Below, one piece after another: positions 36,760-45,561 of a DNA stretch of 45,561 bases. The notes under the pieces were generated by a model. It was given only the letters and a program-made list of their open reading frames with translations. It was not told where the DNA came from and did no database searches. The number at the start of each line of letters is the position of its first letter. Position 1 is the stretch's first letter. Source of the DNA: Candidatus Woesearchaeota archaeon (GTDB lineage Archaea; Nanobdellota; Nanobdellia; SCGC-AAA011-G17; PNOQ01); NCBI GenBank assembly GCA_043812195.1, contig JBDRML010000017.1:1-45561 (forward strand). Direction: 5' to 3'. A program made the translations under genes and the position numbers.

Positions 36760-38487
36760 TTACACTCCCCACGTTGGATTTTCTTTCCTTTTAATTTCAG
36801 CTATCTCCTTTAACAAACTGATTTCTCCACCATTTAAATACTTTTTCAATTCCCTTGCCTTCCTAAATTCACTCTCATTCATGTCAGAATAGAGAATATC
36901 ACCTTCTTTTACCTGTCTACCAGCTATAACTCCTGGTAAAGAAGCAGCTACCTGATCTCCTTTTTTAGCCTCATTTATACTTTCTTTTTCTTCTTGCAAA
37001 CTTTTTAGATTACATAATTTTTTACCATCTACTTTAATTAATTGAGTATTAGTTTTTGCTGTTCCTTCTAAAACTTCCACACCAACAACAGCAGGATTAC
37101 TTTGCCTAAAAATATGTCCTTTCAAAACTTGAATCTTAAATGGTCTTACTAATTTTTCAATTTCTTTGTTTTCAATTCTCTTAGTTTCATCTTCTAGCCA
37201 TTTTTCAATATCTTCTATTATTTTATAAACAACTTCATGTTTAATTACTTTCACACCTTCTAATTTTTCTAATTGCTTAACATTAAAACCTAAAACAACT
37301 TTATTCAAGGGATTCTCATCAGAAGAAGCTTCCATTAAATCATTCTTAGTAATATCACCAATACAAGCTCTCTTAATACTAATATTTTTTTGCTTCAATA
37401 AATTAATTAAAGCTTCTAAAGAACCCAAAGTATCAGCCTTTACAACCAAACCATCACCTTCAGTTTCAATTAAAACCTCTTCAATTTCAGATTTGATTTC
37501 TTCTTCAAGCTTTTCAGCATTCTCATTTGCAACTCTAATAGGCATTCCACACACAACATCTTCCATATCAGTAGCAGAAATCTTAACAGCACATGCAGCA
37601 TGAACCTCATTAACAGCTTTTAATTTATTTTGTTCAACTAAAAATAAACATTTAACCTTAGTTTTAATTATTTTATTCTGAGCTCCAATAAACAAAACAT
37701 CATTCTGTTTAACACTCCCATCATAAATAACACAATCAATTGCTTTACCAACTCCTTTTTCTTCACTAACTTCTAAAATAGTTCCCTTACCTTGACCCTC
37801 AACATTAATTTTCAAACTCTCTTCCAAATATTTTTGAGCCAATCCAGTAATAACCATTAATAATTCAGCAAATCCTTCTTTTCTTTTAGCAGATGTTGGA
37901 ATAATAGCAATTTCTTTTGTATAATCTTTAACTCTATCAAATCTCTCACCATTAAATCCATATTCAGCTAATCCACCTATAATATTATACATCTTACCTT
38001 CAAAATCTTGGATAACTCTATCAGATTGATCATTTATAGATTCCAATAAACTGACATCAGAATCAGATCTCCATCCACCAATTTTATCTATCTTATTAGC
38101 AGCAATAACAAAAGGAGTCTTAGCATTTTTTAAAATCTCAATAGCCTCTTTAGTCTGAGGTTTTAATCCTTCTGTAATATCCACAACTAAAATAGCAATA
38201 TCAGCAATACTACCCCCTCTTTTTCTTAAAGTAGTAAATGCCTCATGTCCAGGACTATCAATAAATAATATTCCAGGAATAGTCAATTCAATTTTTTTTA
38301 ATAAATCACCACAAATTTTCTTAATATTATCAATAGGAACTGAAAAAGCAGAAATACACTGAGTTATACTCCCAGCTTCTTTTAAAGCGACAGAGGTGCC
38401 TCTAACCAAATCAAGTATAGAAGTCTTACCATGATCCACATGCCCCAATAAAGTAATTATTGGTTGTCTTATTACTACTTTTGCCAT
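36760..38487 (-). CDS. infB: Translation initiation factor aIF5B (IF2)
   Basis: RQPIITLLGHVDHGKT, DSPGHEAF..LRKRGG, NKID, KADTLGSLEAL, FRQSNPAVVGVEV. Confidence 0.97.
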   Translation of the reverse strand: MAKVVIRQPIITLLGHVDHGKTSILDLVRGTSVALKEAGSITQCISAFSVPIDNIKKICGDLLKKIELTIPGILFIDSPGHEAFTTLRKRGGSIADIAILVVDITEGLKPQTKEAIEILKNAKTPFVIAANKIDKIGGWRSDSDVSLLESINDQSDRVIQDFEGKMYNIIGGLAEYGFNGERFDRVKDYTKEIAIIPTSAKRKEGFAELLMVITGLAQKYLEESLKINVEGQGKGTILEVSEEKGVGKAIDCVIYDGSVKQNDVLFIGAQNKIIKTKVKCLFLVEQNKLKAVNEVHAACAVKISATDMEDVVCGMPIRVANENAEKLEEEIKSEIEEVLIETEGDGLVVKADTLGSLEALINLLKQKNISIKRACIGDITKNDLMEASSDENPLNKVVLGFNVKQLEKLEGVKVIKHEVVYKIIEDIEKWLEDETKRIENKEIEKLVRPFKIQVLKGHIFRQSNPAVVGVEVLEGTAKTNTQLIKVDGKKLCNLKSLQEEKESINEAKKGDQVAASLPGVIAGRQVKEGDILYSDMNESEFRKARELKKYLNGGEISLLKEIAEIKRKENPTWGV

Positions 38488-38603
38488 TTTCCATCACATA
38501 TAGAAGCATTTTAGACCGTTTAAAAAGCTTTTGTTAAGGTAATGGAAAGCTTTATATACTATTATGAATACCTATTCATTATAAATACAGGAGGTAAATT
38601 AAA

Positions 38604-38729
38604 ATGCCAAATAAAGATGGAACAGGACCAGAAGGAAAAGGATCTAGAACAGGAAGACAGATGGGAAATTGCAAAGAAGCAGAACCTACTAGAAGAGGAT
38701 TAGGTCGAAGATTGAGACGCCAAAACTAA
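38604..38729 (+). CDS. DUF5320-like small protein, not in the ORF track
   Basis: Manual translation MPNKDGTGPEGKGSRTGRQMGNCKEAEPTRRGLGRRLRRQN*; GGAGGT SD. Confidence 0.8.
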   Translation: MPNKDGTGPEGKGSRTGRQMGNCKEAEPTRRGLGRRLRRQN

Positions 38730-38768
38730 TTTAAACATATAAAAGACTACAAAGATAGGAGGTTTAAA

Positions 38769-39023
38769 ATGACAGGAGAAAAAGAAGGAAAAGAAAGTTT
38801 AACAGAAGAAACCAAAGATTTAGAAAGAGCAAGACAATCTTTGGTTGAAGAGCTTGAAGCAATAAATTGGTATCAAGAAAGAATAGAAAATACAAAAAAT
38901 GCCGAGCTTAAGAAAATATTAGAGCATAATAGAGATGAAGAAAAAGGGCATACAGCAATGCTGATGGAGTGGATCAGAAAAAACGATCCCGAACAAGATA
39001 GGGTTTTCAAGGAACACGATTAA
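38769..39023 (+). CDS. Ferritin-like protein (encapsulated-ferritin type)
   Basis: SLVEELEAINWYQER...LEHNRDEEKGH..MLMEWIR. Confidence 0.85.
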   Translation: MTGEKEGKESLTEETKDLERARQSLVEELEAINWYQERIENTKNAELKKILEHNRDEEKGHTAMLMEWIRKNDPEQDRVFKEHD

Positions 39024-39024
39024 G

Positions 39025-39321
39025 ATGCCAAGACCAAGACTTTGTAGAAGAATAGCTGGCCATCCAAGTACAAGTTATTTCAAACCAGCCGGAGTAAGAA
39101 TCAAAGAATTAGAAGAATCTATTTTAACTCTAGATGAATTTGAAGCTATAAGATTAATAGACTTAGAAAATATAGATCAAATAAAGGCTGCAAAACAAAT
39201 GAAAATAAGTCAACCAACACTCTCAAGACTTATTGCCTCAGCAAGAAAAAAAATAGCAGATGCTATCATTAACGGAAAAGCTATTAAAATAGAAGGTGGA
39301 AATTATAAATTAGTAGAATAA
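39025..39321 (+). CDS. DUF134-family HTH protein
   Basis: MPRPRLCRRI...YFKPAG...LTLDEFEAIRL.D...Q..AA..M.ISQPT..R...ARKKIA.A. Confidence 0.9.
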   Translation: MPRPRLCRRIAGHPSTSYFKPAGVRIKELEESILTLDEFEAIRLIDLENIDQIKAAKQMKISQPTLSRLIASARKKIADAIINGKAIKIEGGNYKLVE

Positions 39322-39346
39322 GAAAAAGACACACAAATTAATTTCT

Positions 39347-39838
39347 TTAAATTTCATCACTTTCAACATGTAACTCATAAAGTGTTTTATATTCATATAA
39401 TTCTTTTTTATTAAACCATAACTTAATCTCTTGCTCGGCTTCTTTTTTATTTCCAGAAGCATGAACCAGATTTCTAGCACCTAATTTTTTAAAATCAGAA
39501 TATTCCAAACTTATATGCGAATAATCTCCTCTTATTGTACCAGTTTCAGCTGTTTTAGGTTCAGTAGATCCGGTTATTTTTCTTACAACTTCAACAGCAT
39601 TAATTCCCTCTATAACAATAGCAACGACAGGTCCAGAAATAATATATTTCTCAAGTTTTTCATAAAAATATTTTCTCACATTTTCAGAATAATGTTTTTT
39701 TGAAAAATCAGGATCAATGCGTATCATCTTTATACCAATAATTTTCAGACCTCTTTTTTCAAATCTAGAAATAATCTCACCTATTAATCCTCTTTTCACA
39801 CCATCAGGTTTCACTAAAACTAAAGTTTTTTCTATCAT
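39347..39838 (-). CDS. ndk: Nucleoside diphosphate kinase
   Basis: EKTLVLVKPDGVKRGLIGEII, SGPVVA, GTIRGD, NLVHAS. Confidence 0.97.
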   Translation of the reverse strand: MIEKTLVLVKPDGVKRGLIGEIISRFEKRGLKIIGIKMIRIDPDFSKKHYSENVRKYFYEKLEKYIISGPVVAIVIEGINAVEVVRKITGSTEPKTAETGTIRGDYSHISLEYSDFKKLGARNLVHASGNKKEAEQEIKLWFNKKELYEYKTLYELHVESDEI

Positions 39839-40005
39839 TTCTTATCTTTTCTAACCCACACAGTATTAGCAGGCTTTCTCTTTAATTTAAGCATATTTTT
39901 CTCACACTTTCTTTTATCAAAATTTAAAATCTTACCATCTTTTTTAACAAACATAATACCAGTTCCTTTCTCAATATCCACACCACAAAAAGAACATTTA
40001 GCCAT
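39835..40005 (-). CDS. rpl24e: 50S ribosomal protein L24e, not in the ORF track
   Basis: Manual translation [56 protein letters not shown]; conserved position between S28e and ndk. Confidence 0.95.
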   Translation of the reverse strand: MAKCSFCGVDIEKGTGIMFVKKDGKILNFDKRKCEKNMLKLKRKPANTVWVRKDKK

Positions 40006-40286
40006 TATTTGCCACCTTTACCCTTAGGACCCATTCTTCTAGCTTCAATCTCAGTCTCTCTCAACATCAAGATATCACCTTTCTTAATCGGACCTTTAAC
40101 ATTTCTTCTTATAATTTTACTTTGATCTCTACCTTCAAGAACTCTACATCTAACTTGAGTCGCTTCTCCTCTCATTCCAGTTCTACAAACTACCTCTTCT
40201 ATTCTAGCAGGAATAGCTGTAGTAAATATAGAAGATGATTTACCTACATCTCCTTTTTTATTCCTTGTTTGTGTTTCAGGTTTCAT
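40005..40286 (-). CDS. rps28e: 30S ribosomal protein S28e
   Basis: [30 protein letters not shown]...[15 protein letters not shown]. Confidence 0.97.
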   Translation of the reverse strand: MKPETQTRNKKGDVGKSSSIFTTAIPARIEEVVCRTGMRGEATQVRCRVLEGRDQSKIIRRNVKGPIKKGDILMLRETEIEARRMGPKGKGGK

Positions 40287-40606
40287 TATTTACTTAATTC
40301 CTTAATAAGATCTTTAGCTTCACCCTCTTTTACAATTGCAACTGCAGCAGTAGAAACTTGCAATCCAGCAGCAGCACCTAGTTCTTCTTTAGAAGGAACT
40401 TCAACATATGGAATTCCTTTCTCTTTACATAAAGGTTCTAAGTGCATTATAACTTCTTTAGGAGAAACATCAGCAGCCGCAACAACTAACTTAGCAATCC
40501 CTCTCTCTGCTACTTTTGTTGCCTCATTACTACCTTTCTTAATTTTACCAGTTTTTTTAGCTAATTCTATAGCTTCATATGCCTTGTTTGCATTATCATC
40601 GGTCAT
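40286..40606 (-). CDS. rpl7ae: 50S ribosomal protein L7Ae
   Basis: [23 protein letters not shown]....HL..LC.EK.IPY..V.SK.ELG.AAGL. Confidence 0.97.
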   Translation of the reverse strand: MTDDNANKAYEAIELAKKTGKIKKGSNEATKVAERGIAKLVVAAADVSPKEVIMHLEPLCKEKGIPYVEVPSKEELGAAAGLQVSTAAVAIVKEGEAKDLIKELSK

Positions 40607-40673
40607 TTTTAACCTCCAATTAATATTTACTTAATTTAGTGTAAAAGGGCTATTTATAAAGCTTTTCCTTGGT

Positions 40674-41957
40674 TTAAACATTCTGTGCTTTCAATCTTGC
40701 ATTATCTACAAAACCAATAGGTGTCCAAAATCCCTTAAGAAGTGTCTCATCAATTTTACTTCTACCTTTTCCTTCATATTGAATTCCTTGCTTAGCAAAT
40801 TCTTCTAATGCTCTTTGGACAGGTTGAGCACAATACATTAACTCACTTACTAATTCTGAGTTTAGATTGCCTTGAGAATCAAACTTATACCTATACTGCT
40901 CCACAACATTACGTGAGTATGTGGGACTAATTGCAACTTTGCCCAATAATTCCACTTTTTTCTCTAAGGTAAAAGGATCTTGAGGGTCTCCCAAATCTTT
41001 ATCAGCTAAAACAGTAATTGCATATTGAAAAAGCTTTAGTTTATATTCCTTTAATTGAGCAATATCTTTTGCTTCTCTATAAATTTCTTCAAATTTATGT
41101 TGTATTCCTAAATCTCTCTGTGTTTCATGAGAGTTTTTTAAATCTTCAAAAATAACATTCTGATAAAATTGAGCAACAGATTCTCCTGTCGCCCTAGTTA
41201 ACAAGCTATCTTTAGTTAAAAAATATGGAAGTCCATTATTTTTAGTAACAATTTGATTCAGTGCATGTCCCATTCCTTCATGGCCATATAATGTAATCAA
41301 ATCTCTTTCTCTAACTTGTACTTCTCCATCTTCTGTTGTAAAGCATATTCCAGGAATTTCAATTGCTAAAGTGTTAGTTAATTGGTGAAAATAAGACCTG
41401 TCTTTTGTTGTTGGAACTGCATTAATATCTCTTAAAAACTCTCCAACCTGAGTCAAATCTTGTAAAAGTTTCCCTAATCTCTTATGATATCTTTGAATAT
41501 CTCTCGCTGCAACTTCTTCAGATTGTCTTCTTACTGCAGGAATATCAACAGGTAAACTTAATTCATAATTTTGAATATTTTTTGTTTGATATAATCTCTC
41601 AACAGCTTCTAGAGTTTTATCTCTATTTGTTGTAAGCCAGTTTTCTAATCCATTAATATCAGATTCAGGAATTCCGTGCATAGAAACAAGTGTTTCAAAA
41701 TCATGGGGGTTTGGAGTTAAATATTGTTCAAGAGAATAAGCCTCTCCATTTAATTTTCTTTTCAGTTCAGATTTAATTAACTGATCTTGATTTTCAGGAA
41801 TTTCAATATCAGGAAGAGAATCAGCAAGTTTTTTCATTTCAGCTACAATTCTACCCACTTCTTGATAAGGGTATTCACCATACTTACTTCCAAATTTATA
41901 AACTCCATCAAGTTTCTTAAATACTTCTTCACTTGCAGTTACAATATCGTTATTCAT
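40674..41957 (-). CDS. Hypothetical protein, possible zincin-like metallopeptidase
   Basis: HEGMGH followed by a downstream E (ATGESVA); otherwise helical. Confidence 0.5.
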   Translation of the reverse strand: MNNDIVTASEEVFKKLDGVYKFGSKYGEYPYQEVGRIVAEMKKLADSLPDIEIPENQDQLIKSELKRKLNGEAYSLEQYLTPNPHDFETLVSMHGIPESDINGLENWLTTNRDKTLEAVERLYQTKNIQNYELSLPVDIPAVRRQSEEVAARDIQRYHKRLGKLLQDLTQVGEFLRDINAVPTTKDRSYFHQLTNTLAIEIPGICFTTEDGEVQVRERDLITLYGHEGMGHALNQIVTKNNGLPYFLTKDSLLTRATGESVAQFYQNVIFEDLKNSHETQRDLGIQHKFEEIYREAKDIAQLKEYKLKLFQYAITVLADKDLGDPQDPFTLEKKVELLGKVAISPTYSRNVVEQYRYKFDSQGNLNSELVSELMYCAQPVQRALEEFAKQGIQYEGKGRSKIDETLLKGFWTPIGFVDNARLKAQNV

Positions 41958-42056
41958 TTTATTTTCAAATAAATTTACCCTATTTAAAGCTTTCTATTTT
42001 GCAACTACCACTAAGTAAATAAGTTTTTATTTGATAACAGCAATCCTTAACAAAAT

Positions 42057-42620
42057 TTAATCTTCAACTTCTATTAAGTTAGCATAATCTTCTAGTCTAG
42101 GTGTTATTAAATGTTCTAAATATTGTCCAACAATTTTATTTTTAGAGCCTTCTTGAGTATGATGTCTAAACAAAAGATTAGCAACACGATCAGCTATATT
42201 AACTATCGGATACTTAGAATCAGCTTTTGGTATACCAATAAGTTTAGGACAAGACCTAGGATATAAAAAGTTTTCTACATTAATTAAAACTCCAAAAGGA
42301 ACATTACCATCAATAAAAACAGAATCCAAATCTTTAAAGTATTTAATAAATTCAGTAAAAACAACAGTCATAATATTTGTTCCAGACCCTAAAATTTCTT
42401 TATGTTCTCTAGGAATTATAATATATCTAAAATCTCTTCCACATAATATATCACAAATATTTTTATTTTTTCTACTTTTTTCTATATGTAGTTTATCTTC
42501 AATATCCTTTTTCTTAGTAGAAAATACAGCAACATAAATTTCAGGGGATTTACCGTGGTTCGATTCATCTATACCTAAAAATCTACCACGCTCACCAACC
42601 CTCTTTTTCCCCCTAAACAT
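42057..42620 (-). CDS. Divergent RNase HII-fold protein
   Basis: FLGIDESNHG, VFIDGN, KADSKYPIVNIADRVA parallel the RNase HII motifs GIDEAG, D, KAD..YP.VSAAS. Confidence 0.65.
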   Translation of the reverse strand: MFRGKKRVGERGRFLGIDESNHGKSPEIYVAVFSTKKKDIEDKLHIEKSRKNKNICDILCGRDFRYIIIPREHKEILGSGTNIMTVVFTEFIKYFKDLDSVFIDGNVPFGVLINVENFLYPRSCPKLIGIPKADSKYPIVNIADRVANLLFRHHTQEGSKNKIVGQYLEHLITPRLEDYANLIEVED

Positions 42621-42704
42621 AAAAATCTAATAATACAAATCCGTCGACAGTTATAAACATTCTTATCCTATAAAGCTACATTAATAAAAGTATAATTACA
42701 AAAC

Positions 42705-43046
42705 TTATGTTCGATATTCACTATATTTTCCTTTTTCTATTTTTTTAATTATCTTCGTTTTAGTTTCACCTAATAATATATCTTCTATTATACCAGCAGC
42801 TGCAGGTCCACCAACACCAAGAGATTTAATACCATCTATTCCTTTTTTAGAATAACCATTATAAATAGAATTATTTGGCATAGAATTTAATCTTCTTATT
42901 GCCCTAGATAATACATTACAATAACTGCTATTTTTGAAATATTTGGAAACAATTCTAAACCCACCAAAACATGATATTTTATCCTTAATATTTTTCAATT
43001 TTTCACAAATTTCTTCATTACTTATATCTTCTAAATTTTTTACCAT
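42705..43046 (-). CDS. Stand-alone HhH protein resembling the PolX N-terminal 8-kDa domain
   Basis: SNEEI...L...Y..VLSRAIRRL..MP..I...IKSLGVG..AAGIIEDIL. Confidence 0.5.
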   Translation of the reverse strand: MVKNLEDISNEEICEKLKNIKDKISCFGGFRIVSKYFKNSSYCNVLSRAIRRLNSMPNNSIYNGYSKKGIDGIKSLGVGGPAAAGIIEDILLGETKTKIIKKIEKGKYSEYRT

Positions 43047-43076
43047 AATAAAAGAAATAATTCACAATTTATAAAT

Positions 43077-44711
43077 CTATTTATGAGTAAAAACAAACTT
43101 CAATTTCTTCTCTTCCTTTTTATCTAATCTAACAAATCCAAACCTAACAAACTGAATAACATCACCAACTTTCAACTTTCTCAAAGCTCCTTCGCCCAAA
43201 CCATTTATAATAGAAGCATCATCCATCAACACTTCAATTCTAACTAAATTCTTAGTAGCAGGCAACCAATGTATTAAAGAAGCATTCAATTTCTTATCAA
43301 AACCTATAGAATTAAACTTTTCATTCTTAACATTAAATAAATGCATTAATCTATAAATTTTATTTTTACTCAATTTATCAGAAACATAAAAGAATTCTCC
43401 ACTTCTAAAAATTCTATAGCCCCTTTTAGGAAAATCAGGATGATTAGGAATCTTACTAATTCTATCTGGAGCTCCAAGTATTCTAATTTTCTTAGGTTTC
43501 CAAACAAAGAAATATCTATCAGCCTTTTCATCTAATAACTTTTTATTCTTCGCAATCAAATCATCCCATGTCAATTTAGATTCAGCTTTAGAAATTCCAG
43601 TTGATACAACAAAATCTCTAATAGCTTCAGGAACAAAACCTCTTCTTCTCAAAGCAGCAATAGTAGTTAATCTAGGATCATCCCAACCAATCAACTCTCT
43701 TTTAGCTATCTTTTCTCTAATCTCTCTTCCACTGCTCAAAACACCTTCCAAATTAAATCTAGCAATTTCATAAGTAGAAGTTTCTTTCAAATCTAAAAGT
43801 TTTTGAATATGTCTCTGCAATTCAGATCTTAATTCAAATTCTTTGCTTCTTATTCTGTGAGTAACTCCATAATACCCATCCATAATCGAATTTTGAAAAT
43901 CATAAGTCGGCCAAACTCTATATTTTTTCCTAGTTCTCGGATGATATTGATCTATGATTCTAAAAATAGCAGGATCTCTCATAGTGGTATTCTTATGTTC
44001 CATATCAATTTTTAATCTAACAACACTAGAACCTTCTTTAGCCCTAAAAAATTCTTTCCATTTTTCTAGTTGATGATCATCTTTTCTACATTTACAACTT
44101 AAACCTTTCCTTCTATTATCTTGAGTAGTTTCTTTACTACAATAACAAACATAAGCATCTCCACTTTTAATTAGTTTCTCACCATATCTATAAAACACTT
44201 CCATATTATTAGAAGCATATTGCAATTTATCCCATTTAACACCCAACCATTTAAAATCCTCTTCCATAATATCATAAAACTCTTTTCTAACTAAATCAGG
44301 ATTTGTATCTTCAAATCTCAAATTAAATTTACCATCATATTCTTTAGCTAACAAGTAATTCAAAATCAAAGCCTTAGCATGTCCAATATGAGGATACTTT
44401 TCAGGTCCAGGAGGAAACGCAGTCAAAATCTTTTGGCCCTTTTTAATATGTAGAAAATCAAACAAGCCAGTTTCTTCTCTTTTCTTCTTTTTAATTCCAC
44501 CTAATTTCTCTAATTCTTCTTTCTGTTTATCTAAACCCAAAGAATTCACACTTTCAACTTCTTTAATGATTTTAGGTATTAAAGTTTTGAGTTCTTTCTT
44601 TAAACTAGGAAAATTAGCTAACAAATGACTAACTACAGAATTTACAGAAGCCTTTCCACCATAATTAATTGCATTATCAAGAACAAATTTCCTCATATCT
44701 TGTTTTTCCAT
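43077..44711 (-). CDS. gltX: Glutamate--tRNA ligase (archaeal type)
   Basis: FPPGPEKYPHIGH, LRFEDTNP, AYVC.C, RDP, VWPTYDF, GWDDPRL.T...LRRRG, QFVRFGF. Confidence 0.96.
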   Translation of the reverse strand: MEKQDMRKFVLDNAINYGGKASVNSVVSHLLANFPSLKKELKTLIPKIIKEVESVNSLGLDKQKEELEKLGGIKKKKREETGLFDFLHIKKGQKILTAFPPGPEKYPHIGHAKALILNYLLAKEYDGKFNLRFEDTNPDLVRKEFYDIMEEDFKWLGVKWDKLQYASNNMEVFYRYGEKLIKSGDAYVCYCSKETTQDNRRKGLSCKCRKDDHQLEKWKEFFRAKEGSSVVRLKIDMEHKNTTMRDPAIFRIIDQYHPRTRKKYRVWPTYDFQNSIMDGYYGVTHRIRSKEFELRSELQRHIQKLLDLKETSTYEIARFNLEGVLSSGREIREKIAKRELIGWDDPRLTTIAALRRRGFVPEAIRDFVVSTGISKAESKLTWDDLIAKNKKLLDEKADRYFFVWKPKKIRILGAPDRISKIPNHPDFPKRGYRIFRSGEFFYVSDKLSKNKIYRLMHLFNVKNEKFNSIGFDKKLNASLIHWLPATKNLVRIEVLMDDASIINGLGEGALRKLKVGDVIQFVRFGFVRLDKKEEKKLKFVFTHK

Positions 44712-44746
44712 AATTAAAATACGAAAAAGATGTTTATAAAACTTAT

Positions 44747-45121
44747 CTATATTCCTTTATTTTTAAAATCTTCTTCTAACAAATTAATACATCTTAAAAT
44801 TCTTCTTCTTGTTTCTTGATTAAGATTTGGATCATGTTTATCTAAAAAAATAGCTTCTATGCCATCTTCTACATTACTTATCTTATAAAATATTTTTGAA
44901 ATATCATCTTCATTATATGCTATCATTACTATTGGTCCATTATACATCTCTAATAAATCTTTATCCTCAGAAAATGTAAAGTCAGCCCTGTAAGTTCTGC
45001 AAGGCATAGGAAAGGGCTCTACAATTCGTTCAATAACGCTCAAATTAAGCATAGCTTTTACCCCTCCATGTTTTACTTGATAATTTCCTATTTCAGAAAC
45101 TTTTTCCATTTTTAAAAGCAA
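44747..45121 (-). CDS. Hypothetical protein
   Basis: ORF with upstream TTTATAAA; start probably ATG near 45109. Confidence 0.5.
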   Translation of the reverse strand: MLLKMEKVSEIGNYQVKHGGVKAMLNLSVIERIVEPFPMPCRTYRADFTFSEDKDLLEMYNGPIVMIAYNEDDISKIFYKISNVEDGIEAIFLDKHDPNLNQETRRRILRCINLLEEDFKNKGI

Positions 45122-45183
45122 ATATCTATTGATTTATAAACCTTATCAATAATCTTTTAAATTAACTAACACACTTTATAACA

Positions 45184-45561
45184 ATGAAAAACACAAAACC
45201 ACTAAACCAAAAACAAGTAACTAAACTTTTAAATCAAATAAATCAACAATTCAATTGTGATATTAAAAACTTAAAAAATAATTATTATTTTCTATTAACA
45301 AAAAAAGAAAAAATAAATATAATAAATAAAGACATCTCAAAATTAGACACTAAAAGCCTTAATATCATGAATATAGGCATTTATTTCTGTAAACCAGAAA
45401 AAGAGGGCATAAGACTAAGTATAGAAGGCTCTCAACTAATAAAAAACCCAAAAAAGAACATAATAACTCTAAATCAAGAACAATTTAACAAGTTCATGAA
45501 AGGAGAAGACCTAGAAATTAAAGACACAAACGGTTACAAATTAATAAAATATAAAGAAGAT
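45184..45561 (+). CDS. NIP7/PUA-like protein, truncated by the window end
   Basis: Open frame MKNTKPLNQK...IGIYFCK...GIRLSIEGSQLI...KNIITLN...FMKGEDL...GYKLIKY. Confidence 0.65.
   Translation, partial: MKNTKPLNQKQVTKLLNQINQQFNCDIKNLKNNYYFLLTKKEKINIINKDISKLDTKSLNIMNIGIYFCKPEKEGIRLSIEGSQLIKNPKKNIITLNQEQFNKFMKGEDLEIKDTNGYKLIKYKED

Noticed and set aside
38390-38460. Intron or intein in the aIF5B GHVDHGKT motif
   Set aside because: The sequence is continuous (GGG CAT GTG GAT CAT GGT AAG ACT). Local codons look slightly GC-rich, but no insert is present.
1543-41972. Numerous short antisense or overlapping ORFs in the track (e.g. 1543-1788, 11699-12088, 28346-28786, 35533-35934, 40269-40634)
   Set aside because: They are shadows of well-supported genes on the other strand or frame, with F/L/S/I-rich composition and no motifs.
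42640-42660. GTCGACA upstream of the RNase HII-like gene as a third copy of the 45-nt motif
   Set aside because: Only a 7-nt match, with no tandem repeat or CACCA/CGAAAG context.

Overview
Low-GC archaeal chromosomal segment. Archaeal ribosomal and translation genes, BRE/TATA boxes about 25 nt before start codons, and reduced gene content are consistent with a DPANN lineage such as Woesearchaeota (inference). The left part carries toxin-antitoxin pairs, a GH130 enzyme, a cold-shock protein, a DEAD-box helicase and guaB. About 20 kb of nested cargo transposons (7745-28114) separate an ancestrally adjacent, divergent guaB/purA pair. These are an IS6-like element with defence cargo and an IS903-like element with a liv ABC transporter; both share a SWIM-transposase plus divergent Zn-ribbon module. 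The right part has purA, RNase HII, tRNA-iMet, the L7Ae-S28e-L24e-ndk-aIF5B-S6e-aIF2gamma cluster and GluRS. Top candidate for a new system: two housekeeping protein genes (RNase HII and aIF2gamma) are each interrupted in their catalytic motif by a stop-containing 30-33 nt bulge-helix-bulge (BHB) mini-intron. Each sits next to a free-standing homing-endonuclease-like gene (PD-(D/E)xK-like and LAGLIDADG respectively), and these two unrelated nuclease genes share a 45-nt upstream motif (39/45 identical). The adjacent tRNA-iMet has two further BHB introns at non-canonical positions. All family assignments are from motif recognition by eye; no searches were run.
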